This document shows positions 1 to 6,795 of a stretch of DNA of 20,016 nucleotides, piece after piece (positions within the stretch are counted from its first letter, which is position 1; every line of letters begins with the position of its first letter). The stretch comes from Candidatus Fermentibacteraceae bacterium. GTDB taxonomy: Bacteria > Fermentibacterota > Fermentibacteria > Fermentibacterales > JCC-6. The position numbers were made by a program, and so were the translations under genes. Where the stretch lies: positions 1-20,016 of the forward strand of contig JAWLEP010000044.1 in the NCBI GenBank assembly GCA_041686025.1, in the 5' to 3' direction. The notes below the pieces were generated by a model, which ran no database searches, was not told the origin of the DNA, and was given only the letters and a program-made list of their open reading frames with translations.

Positions 1-438
1 ATGAGAGCCGAGTTCTGGGCCATGCTCACGGCGGTCTGCTGGGGGGCGGGCTCCATGCTGGAGAAGAAGGGCGTCAGCCTGGGCGGGCTGGCCCCCGTAA
101 TGGGCACCACACTAAGGACCGCCTTCTCGCTGCTGCTGCTGGCTCTGGTCTCCTACCCGCTGTGGGGCCAGGCCAGGACGGCGGGGCTGCGGTCGGTGTC
201 AATGATAGCCGTGGGCGGAGGCGTCATGGCCGGCGGCCTGGGAATCGTCTTCCTCTACACCGGGCTGAAGCACGGCAGCCTCTCCTCGGTGATGACCATA
301 GCCTTCTGCCTGGCCCCGGTGGTCAGCGCCGTGCTGGGCTACCTGGTGCTGCGGGAGCGGCTGGCGCCGCTTCAGCTGCTGGGCATAGTCATGTGCGTGG
401 GGGGCGCCGCCCTGGTCTCCTGGTTCCGGGCCGGCTGA
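1..438 (+). CDS. EamA/DMT-superfamily small membrane transporter (single EamA domain, 145 aa)
   Basis: About 5 hydrophobic helices. DMT-like motifs 'AVCWG...KKG', 'LYTGLKHG.LS.V', 'PVVSAVLGYLVLRERL...QLLGIVMCVGGAALV'. ATG at base 1, so the RBS is outside the window. Confidence 0.88.
   Translation: MRAEFWAMLTAVCWGAGSMLEKKGVSLGGLAPVMGTTLRTAFSLLLLALVSYPLWGQARTAGLRSVSMIAVGGGVMAGGLGIVFLYTGLKHGSLSSVMTIAFCLAPVVSAVLGYLVLRERLAPLQLLGIVMCVGGAALVSWFRAG
265..352 (+). repeat. 88-bp perfect direct repeat, copy 1 (copy 2 at 1627..1714)
   Basis: CTGAAGCACGGCAGCC...CTACCTGGTGCTGC is identical at both positions by base-by-base comparison. Confidence 0.9.
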
Positions 439-444
439 ACGCCC

Positions 445-924
445 GTGAACATCTTCGTCCTGGACCGGGACGTACGGCGCTGCGCGCAGTACCACGCCGA
501 CCGCCACGTTGTGAAGATGGTGCTGGAGAGCGCCCAGATGCTCTGCACCGTGCTGGCGGAGAACGGAATGCAGGCTCCCTACAGGCCCACCCACAGCCAC
601 CATCCCTGCACCCTGTGGGCGGGGGAGTCGCTGGCCAACTGGAGGTGGCTGCGGGAGCTGGCCCTGGCCCTCAACGGGGAGTACCGCTACCGTTTCGGAA
701 GCGGCAGGGACCACAGGTCGGCGGTTGTGGCCCGCGGCCTTCCCGAGCCCCCCATACCGGACCTGGGCCTCACCGAGTTCGCCCAGGCCATGCCGGAGGA
801 GTACCGCGTGCCGGGGGACGCGGTTGCCGCCTACCGGCGCTTCTACGTGGCCGAGAAGTCCGGCCTGGCAGGCTGGACGAGGCGGCCGGTGCCGGACTGG
901 TTCACCCGCGATAACCGGAGATAG
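445..924 (+). CDS. Pyrimidine dimer DNA glycosylase/endonuclease V-like family protein
   Basis: GTG start 6 nt after the EamA stop. Family motifs MNIFVLD, H.DRHVVKM.LE.AQMLCT, YRPTH.HHPCTLW, EY.YRF, FAQAMP, AYRRFY..EK, W..R..P.W. The enzymatic activity is a family annotation and is not shown by the sequence. Confidence 0.8.
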   Translation: MNIFVLDRDVRRCAQYHADRHVVKMVLESAQMLCTVLAENGMQAPYRPTHSHHPCTLWAGESLANWRWLRELALALNGEYRYRFGSGRDHRSAVVARGLPEPPIPDLGLTEFAQAMPEEYRVPGDAVAAYRRFYVAEKSGLAGWTRRPVPDWFTRDNRR

Positions 925-1022
925 TGCCGGCCGTTTCCCTCACAGCGGCTGCGGCCCGTTCCTCATCGCATGAGCGCTCCCCAAAGATCCGGGAGCGGGG
1001 ATGACAATGAGCTGCCCGGAGT

Positions 1023-1325
1023 TCAAATAGAGGAAACCGAATCCAGGTTCGGAAGAAAGACAGCGGCGTAAAGAGGGAGAAAGCAGGTTCTGCCCCTTCT
1101 GTGGTAGTTCCAGGCTCCCAACTTGAAAACGACGGGTGACTGGCACCTGGATGCGAACACACCTGCGGATTTCGAGTTCTTCCTTCTGCCAGCCTTCACT
1201 TCCACCGGACAGACACCCTCGTCCAGGACATGCAGGAACTCGACCTCGGCTGTGTTCCGCTTCCAGGAGTACAGGTCTCTGTTCCCCGCGGAGACCATTT
1301 CCTGCGGCGCCAGACTTTCCGCCAC
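1023..1325 (-). pseudogene. C-terminal remnant (DUF4143 / PD-(D/E)xK-like part) of an AAA_14-DUF4143 ATP-binding protein
   Basis: AESLAPQEM...LYSWKRNTAEVEFL...PVEVKAG...KS...FLPLYAA matches the typical 'ENFVAQEL..LYYW...AEVDF...PIEVKSG..LPLY' tail. No Walker A/B domain upstream, and only about 90 nt separate it from an AT-rich promoter-like tract. Confidence 0.75.
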
Positions 1326-1374
1326 CCAACCATTGTGGAAACCACCCTGCCATAAGCATCAGGTCAATATGATT

Positions 1375-1412
1375 CGGAAATATGCGAATATTTCATATGC
1401 ATTTTTCGGCAA
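1375..1412 (-). promoter_or_regulatory. AT-rich palindromic promoter/operator-like tract upstream of the ATPase remnant
   Basis: Minus strand reads TTGCCGAAAAATGCATATGAAATATTCGCATATTTCCG. It contains the inverted repeat GAAATAT-N4-ATATTTC and starts with the same TTGCCGAA as the intact ATPase promoter at 16908. Confidence 0.45.
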
Positions 1413-1488
1413 TTACCGATTTTTTCCTATTTGTTGCGATGTACCCATAAATGGGGAGCCCCATTGCTGAACGCCCACTGGGAAGGAA

Positions 1489-1800
1489 TTCTCCCTCCTG
1501 CTGGCCGTGGTATCCAGCCCGCTGCGGGGCCGGGCCAGGACGGCGGGACTGAGGTCGGTCCCCCCATAGCGGTAGGCTGGGGCCTTATGGCCGGGGGAGC
1601 TGGGGATGGTCTTTCTCTACATCGGCCTGAAGCACGGCAGCCTCTCCTCGGTGATGACCATAGCCTTCTGCCTGGCCCCGGTGGTCAGCGCCGTGCTGGG
1701 CTACCTGGTGCTGCCCGAGCGATTGGCTTCCCTGCAGCTGCGGGGCACAGTCATGTGCGTAGGCGGCGCCGCCCTGGTCTCCCGGTTCCGCACCGGCTGA
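1489..1800 (+). pseudogene. Decayed, 5'-truncated second copy of the EamA gene
   Basis: Aligns to about 124..438. The first ~41 codons are missing, there are -1/+1 frameshifts near 1561-1610, and 1627..1714 is identical to 265..352. Confidence 0.88.
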
Positions 1801-1806
1801 AAGCCC

Positions 1807-2117
1807 GTGAACATCTTCGTCCTGGACCGCGATGCAGCACGGTGTGCCGAGTACCATGCCGACCGCCACTTGGTGAAGATGATCCTGGAGAGCGCACAAG
1901 TGCTTTGCACTGTCCTGAGCGAGAACGGTGTAGAGGCTACCTGCCGATCTACGCACATCCATCTCCGCCCATACCCGACCCTGGGCTCACCGAGTTCGCC
2001 CGGGCCATGCCGGAGCAGGGGGATCCCGTTGCCGTCTACAGGCGCTTCTACATAGGCGAGAAGGCCGGCCTGGCCGGCTGGACGAGGCGGCCGGTGCCGG
2101 AATGGCTCGCCCGGTAG
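1807..2117 (+). pseudogene. Decayed second copy of the pyrimidine-dimer-glycosylase-like gene
   Basis: MNIFVLDRDAARCAEYHADRHLVKMILESAQ... aligns to 445..924. Alignment offset shifts 1362->1217 near 1963 (145-nt frameshifting deletion) and 1217->1205 near 2018 (12-nt deletion). The C-terminus AVYRRFYIGEKAGLAGWTRRPVPEWLAR is in another frame. Confidence 0.9.
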
Positions 2118-3850
2118 TCCGCGGCCATAAGGGTCGGGACCGGCTCCCCGGGAATGACGGGAACCGGGCCCGCAGGCTGTACCAGCGGGTCGGACTCCAC
2201 CGCGGGGACGGCGTACTGGCGGCTGAACGTTATCACCGTTCCGGGAACCACCCGTGCGGTGGTGATGGGCGTGCCGTCCTCGAGCTCCACGGTCTGCAGG
2301 TCTTGCCAGCCGGTGAAGGATGCCGCCACCGTGGCATCGGGTATAATCACCCTGCGTACGTTCGGGGGAAGAACCAGCCTCTGCGATGAGGCGCCGAGCC
2401 GCTCCACCTCGTAGTCGGTGCTTCCGTTGCGGGCCGAGAAGAGGTGTCCGTAGGACCCGTCCCGGTCGAATCCCAGGCCGTATACCCGGTACTCGGGAAG
2501 GTAGTAGGCGATGTGACGGAAGCTGCCCCAGTTTGTGGGGTTGGTGAGCACGGCGGTGCTCTCGGGGTCGCTATCGCCGACGAACGAGATCACGGCGTCC
2601 CAGTGGGCGTCGTTTCGCTCGATGTCAAACTGGCGGGCACCGGCCCGGAAGGTGGATGCCACATCCACGTCGCAGGGAAGGGCGGTGGAGTCCGAAGGGA
2701 CGGACTCGGCCGACTCCGGCCGAGGATCGGGAGCCCCTCCGGACGCCGAGACGATCCGGTAGCCGGCCGGGGGTATCAGCAGGAAAAGCCCCGCGTTGGC
2801 CAGGGCCAAGGCGGTCACCGACTGCCAGAGCAGCCGGCCGGAGCGCACGCGCTCCAGGCCCCGTCCCGCCCAGAGGAAGACGACGGGAAGGGGGAGCAGC
2901 ATGTAGCCGATCTGCCCGGTGTGAACCAGCAGATACACCGCCAGCGCCGGTCCCGCCCAGAGCGCAGTCAGCAGGAGGGCCCTGCGGTCGGGGATGAGGC
3001 GGCGGAGGAGCCGGGGAAGCAGCACCAGGACCGCTCCCAGACCGGTGGCCGCTCCCAGGGTCACCAGTCCCAGGTTCTGCAGGAATCCCCCGAGGTTGCC
3101 CGAAAGGGCCCAGGTCCTGCCGCCGGTGAGCTCGGCCAGCTCGCGGGACAGCCGCATGTAGCTCTGCGGGCCGCCGGCCGTGACCAGCAGGGGAACCAGC
3201 CAGGCCAGTATCCCGCAAGCGGTGGCCGCCGCTACCCTTAGCCGTTCCCTCCAGGGAAGGCCCCAGGCCCCGTAAGCAAGAGCGGGCAGCAGGAGCACGG
3301 CTCCCGTCTGCCTGACGGCTCCCAGGCATGCCAGCAGCAGTCCCGCCGCCATCAGGCGCCGCGGGGAGCGCAGCTTCCGCCCAGTGAAGGAGAGAAGGAC
3401 CACGGGTATGGTCAGCGCGGCCTCCAGCGTGTAGGTGAGGGCCACCTCGCTGTAGTACCACAGCAGCGGAGAGCTGCCCATCAGAACGGCGGCCGCCAGG
3501 GCCCCGCGCCGGCCCACCACCCGCCTCCCGAAGAGGTACAGCCCGGCGGGGGCGAGGGCGCCCCCGACCATGCTGAGCAGGGTCAGGGCCGATGCGCCGT
3601 CTCCCGTCAGCCACGCCAGGGCCCTTCCCAGGAGGATGAAGCCCGGGTAGCCGGGCGGGTGGGGCTGGTGGTTGCGGAGGCTGAACTCCTCCACTCCCAT
3701 GGCGAAGTTCACCGCGTCCCAGTTGACCAGGTAGCTGGACGCGAACGGAAGCCTGAGCAGGAGGAACAGCAGGAAGAGGCCCGCGGCAACAGCCGCCGGC
3801 CTTCCGATGAGTGCTGAGCGGCCGTCCGTATGCGATTTTTCGGTATGCAA
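2048..3850 (-). CDS. DUF2723/TMEM260-like GT-C fold membrane glycosyltransferase (ArnT/PMT-like)
   Basis: N-terminal TM helix followed by 'NWDAVNF...HQPHPPGYPGFILLGR', 'SPLLWYYSEVALTY', 'GAVRQ', about 10 TM segments and a soluble C-terminal domain. Start placed at TTG 3850 because GGAGG lies 5 nt upstream; the ORF is open to 3886. Confidence 0.8.
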   Translation of the reverse strand: MHTEKSHTDGRSALIGRPAAVAAGLFLLFLLLRLPFASSYLVNWDAVNFAMGVEEFSLRNHQPHPPGYPGFILLGRALAWLTGDGASALTLLSMVGGALAPAGLYLFGRRVVGRRGALAAAVLMGSSPLLWYYSEVALTYTLEAALTIPVVLLSFTGRKLRSPRRLMAAGLLLACLGAVRQTGAVLLLPALAYGAWGLPWRERLRVAAATACGILAWLVPLLVTAGGPQSYMRLSRELAELTGGRTWALSGNLGGFLQNLGLVTLGAATGLGAVLVLLPRLLRRLIPDRRALLLTALWAGPALAVYLLVHTGQIGYMLLPLPVVFLWAGRGLERVRSGRLLWQSVTALALANAGLFLLIPPAGYRIVSASGGAPDPRPESAESVPSDSTALPCDVDVASTFRAGARQFDIERNDAHWDAVISFVGDSDPESTAVLTNPTNWGSFRHIAYYLPEYRVYGLGFDRDGSYGHLFSARNGSTDYEVERLGASSQRLVLPPNVRRVIIPDATVAASFTGWQDLQTVELEDGTPITTARVVPGTVITFSRQYAVPAVESDPLVQPAGPVPVIPGEPVPTLMAADYRASHSGTGRLVQPARPAFSPM

Positions 3851-4347
3851 CTGCACCTCCGCAGCCGGGTGAACGCCAACGGGCACTCCCTACATCTATA
3901 CGTGCCACCGCCTCGGATGTTCCGGCGGCGGCCTTCAGAATCTGCGCGACCCGCCCCCCGGGCCCCTCAGGAAATGCGCACCCGCCACATCGCTATCGAG
4001 ACTTGAGAATGGGGTGTAGGGAGTATCATGACTGGAACGCAATGTGCTTGTCCTCTTCGTGGCCCGGGCAGCCGCAGACCCCGCGGGACGCCCCAGCGGC
4101 GTCACCCCCTCCTGTCCGGGCCCCTCCAGCGGTGCGGATACGGAGTGACGGCCTGTCTGCCGGGTGTTTCGATGCTCTCCGCAGCAAGGGTAGAGGAATC
4201 CTCAGGCCCGAAAGCTGAAGCGGCAGAATGGCGGAATGCAGTCCGGGCGCACTGCCTGTTCGGAGAAGCATGCCCGATGGCCTGATTGTACGTTCGGAAT
4301 GCCCGCTGATATGTATGGGGTGTCGGAGGAGAACGGAAAGGAGTACG

Positions 4348-4896
4348 ATGCGTCCCCGCGGAAACTGCGGAAGACGGCCTTCGAAGTTGCGCGCCTCGGG
4401 CGGGCCGCTTCCGGCCGGCGGGTGCACGGAGATCCTCATAGCCACGGCAGCTCTGCTCTGCGGCGTGTCGGCAGCGCACGTCGACTCCCATTCCATGTAC
4501 CCCCGGGAGGCGGCTGTTCTGGACAGTCTCGTGAGAAACACCTTCGGCTTCGATCCCTGGATACTTATTCATGAGGTAGAGGGTACAGGAGTCGTATTCT
4601 CTGTCTGGTTTGACGCGGAGTACGACGGCAGCGACACTTGCGGGGAGCAGATGATATCGGCGATCATATCCACGGGCATTGCGGCTGAAATTGGTCAAAT
4701 TGACACCGGTGTCCTCTCCGTGGTGTTTGCGCGGGACCGGTATATGGTTGTACTGGAAACGGGTTCCTGTATCGAGTACAGTCAGACATTCGTGGATCTG
4801 TCGCAGCAGGGGCATCGTGATTTCATCGCCGAGAACGTGGTATACAGCGGGTACATTGAAGATGATGCGCAGAGATATCAACTCGACTCCCCCTGA
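4348..4896 (+). CDS. Hypothetical protein, possibly exported
   Basis: AAAGGAG RBS before ATG 4348 (ORF open from 4228). Hydrophobic stretch ILIATAALLCGVSA followed by an acidic globular-looking domain. No family recognised. Confidence 0.6.
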   Translation: MRPRGNCGRRPSKLRASGGPLPAGGCTEILIATAALLCGVSAAHVDSHSMYPREAAVLDSLVRNTFGFDPWILIHEVEGTGVVFSVWFDAEYDGSDTCGEQMISAIISTGIAAEIGQIDTGVLSVVFARDRYMVVLETGSCIEYSQTFVDLSQQGHRDFIAENVVYSGYIEDDAQRYQLDSP

Positions 4897-4987
4897 TCGG
4901 ATCGCCCGGCACCGGGCTGTCGCGGTATTGGAGGAAGTCGCCTCCACGCAGAAGAGAAGGGACTGAGGCGGAATCAGGATACTGAAT

Positions 4988-5314
4988 GTGCGACGGACCG
5001 ACAGCGGCAGCGGCCCGGGGGGACGCCTGGGACTGCTGAGGACACTCTGGAAGGATATCCGCCTGTCCTTCGGCATGACCCGCGACCTCCTGGGCGGCAG
5101 CTACCGCCGGTTTCCCTATCGCGCCGCAGGTGCCTTCCTGCTGGCCCTGGCCTATATCGTCTTCCCGGCGGACCTGCTGCCCGACGTGGTCCCCATACTG
5201 GGCTGGCTGGACGACGGGGTGGTCACCCTGCTCTGCCTGAGGATGGCCGAGGGCGACCTGAAGCGCTACGAGACGTGGAAGAAGCAGAGGGAAGGGGCGA
5301 AGGATGACGGTTAG
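4988..5314 (+). CDS. YkvA/DUF1232 family membrane protein
   Basis: Signature 'LAYIVFPADLLPDVVPILGWLDD' followed by 'DLKRYETWK'. Confidence 0.9.
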   Translation: MRRTDSGSGPGGRLGLLRTLWKDIRLSFGMTRDLLGGSYRRFPYRAAGAFLLALAYIVFPADLLPDVVPILGWLDDGVVTLLCLRMAEGDLKRYETWKKQREGAKDDG

Positions 5315-5337
5315 CCTCCGGCACCGATCCTCCTGAC

Positions 5338-6663
5338 ATGATAAGGCAGGCGCGCAAGGCGGCCATCGTACTGCTGCCGTCCCTGGCCCTGGCCGCGGGC
5401 GCCGCCGGGCACTTCCTGCCCCACCGGCCCTGGATCGGCTGGGTGTTCAAGATCGCCCTCTCCGGCACAGTGGGCATCTGGACCAACTACTTCGCCATCA
5501 AGATGCTCTTCCGCCCGCACCGGAGGACCGTCTTCGGCCGCCAGGGGCTGATCCCCGCCCGCAGGGGGGAGCTGGCCGACACCATTGGCGAGGCGGTGGC
5601 CGAGGAGCTTCTGGATGCGGACACCGTGCTGGGCTACCTGGAGGAGCAGCAGGTGCTGCAGAGGGCGGCGGACGAGCTGATGGAGTCGGCCCATCGCTGG
5701 ATCGCCGCACCCGACAACCGCCGGAAGGTGGTCCGGGCGGCGGGCGGCTGGCTGCAGCGGCGGGGCATGGAGTACGTGGAGGCGCTCCTTCCCAGGGCGG
5801 AGGCTTACTTGTCGCGGCTGATCCGCGACCACGTGACCCTGGAGAACGTCTGGCCCCACGTGCGCCCGATGCTGGCCGCGGAGCTGCGCAGGCCCGCCAC
5901 CAGGGAGACCCTGTCCCGGGTGCTGCAGCGCTTCATCGACGAGAACTCCCCCCGGATAGCCGCAATTCTCAACGGCGTACTGGACAGATGGATAGAGCAG
6001 AAGGGCACCATCGCCCGCACCGTACTGGAGCTGGGCAAGTCCCTCTTCGACGTGGACGAGGAGTTCATCGCCGCCGAGCTCCGCGGGGCCGTCCGCTCCC
6101 CGGAGTTCTTCGACGAGCTGCTGGCCTTCGTGGACAACAACGTAGAGACGGTGGAGAGGGTGGCGGACAGCGGCGACATACAGCGCCGGCTGCAGGGGGT
6201 TCTCGACTCCTCCCTGGACCGCTTCGAGGAGTGGGTGCGCAGCAGCGGTCTGGACCTGGCCAGGGCCAGGGTGGTGGAGCTGCTGGAGTCGGACGCCTTC
6301 TGGGAGTGGGTGGACGCCCAGCTGGACCCCCTGGTGGAGCGGGCGGAGGAGTACGCCCGGGAGAGGGTCTACTCCCCGGAGTTCCGCCGCACAGCCAGGA
6401 GCCTGCTGCTGAGGCTCTCCGAGAGCGTGAACGTCCGCGGCATCGTCCGCCGCAAGATCGACGGCTTCGACCTGTCCGAGCTGGAGGAGCTGGTCTTCCG
6501 GGTCAGCGGCGACAACCTGGCCGGCATCGAGCTCTTCGGCGGCCTGCTGGGCATGCTGGCGGGCCTGGTGCTGATCAGCCCCCTGTGGATGCTTCTGCTG
6601 CCGGTGGGCGTGCTGGCCTTCTTCCTCGCCGAGCGCACGGCAGGGGCCCTCCGGCCGGACTGA
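5338..6663 (+). CDS. DUF445 (YheB/YjiN-like) membrane protein
   Basis: 'SGTVGIWTNYFAIKMLFRP...QGLIP.RR.ELA..IG..V..ELL' at the N-terminus, a long helical middle, and 'ELEELVFRV....LAGIELFGGLLGMLAGL' at the C-terminus. Confidence 0.9.
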   Translation: MIRQARKAAIVLLPSLALAAGAAGHFLPHRPWIGWVFKIALSGTVGIWTNYFAIKMLFRPHRRTVFGRQGLIPARRGELADTIGEAVAEELLDADTVLGYLEEQQVLQRAADELMESAHRWIAAPDNRRKVVRAAGGWLQRRGMEYVEALLPRAEAYLSRLIRDHVTLENVWPHVRPMLAAELRRPATRETLSRVLQRFIDENSPRIAAILNGVLDRWIEQKGTIARTVLELGKSLFDVDEEFIAAELRGAVRSPEFFDELLAFVDNNVETVERVADSGDIQRRLQGVLDSSLDRFEEWVRSSGLDLARARVVELLESDAFWEWVDAQLDPLVERAEEYARERVYSPEFRRTARSLLLRLSESVNVRGIVRRKIDGFDLSELEELVFRVSGDNLAGIELFGGLLGMLAGLVLISPLWMLLLPVGVLAFFLAERTAGALRPD

Positions 6664-6710
6664 CCCCGGACCCGCCCGCTCCATACCGGTCAACTCAGCC
6701 TTCGCTTCCC

Positions 6711-6739
6711 TGGACCTCCGGGCCTACAGCAGTTAGTAT
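6711..6739 (+). promoter_or_regulatory. Candidate sigma70 promoter for the surface-protein cluster
   Basis: TGGACC-17 nt-TAGTAT about 55 nt upstream of ATG 6796, followed by the hairpin CCGCTG-ATAAG-CAGCGG. Confidence 0.3.
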
Positions 6740-6795
6740 CAAAATGGATCGAATCCGCTGATAAGCAGCGGCAGATGCCCAAAGGGAAGCCGAAA

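Noticed and set aside
1036..1070. SRP RNA-like motif CAGGTTCGGAAGAAAGACAGC
   Set aside because: The conserved AGCA side of the symmetric loop is broken (AGAC), there is no long closing helix, and it is the antisense of the ATPase remnant's coding sequence.
1466..1476. 11-bp repeat GCTGAACGCCC also found at 434-444 (possible att site or target duplication)
   Set aside because: An 11-mer match is plausible by chance over this span, and it does not coincide exactly with the homology breakpoint at about 1489.
1..2117. Diversity-generating retroelement (template/variable repeat pair)
   Set aside because: Differences between the copies are not adenine-specific, are mostly at third codon positions, and no reverse transcriptase is present. 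The same holds for the propeller paralogues.
990..2170. REP-like words (GGGGATGACA near 997, GGGAATGACGG near 2150)
   Set aside because: The matches are partial, lack the full REP palindrome, and one lies in coding sequence.
3893..3907. Sigma54 promoter on the minus strand (TGGCACG)
   Set aside because: There is no TTGC -12 element at the required spacing (it reads GATG).
4170..4230. Glycine-riboswitch-like fragment (GCAA...AATCCTCAGG)
   Set aside because: It lacks the GGAGA and CCGAAG core elements, and the downstream gene is unrelated.
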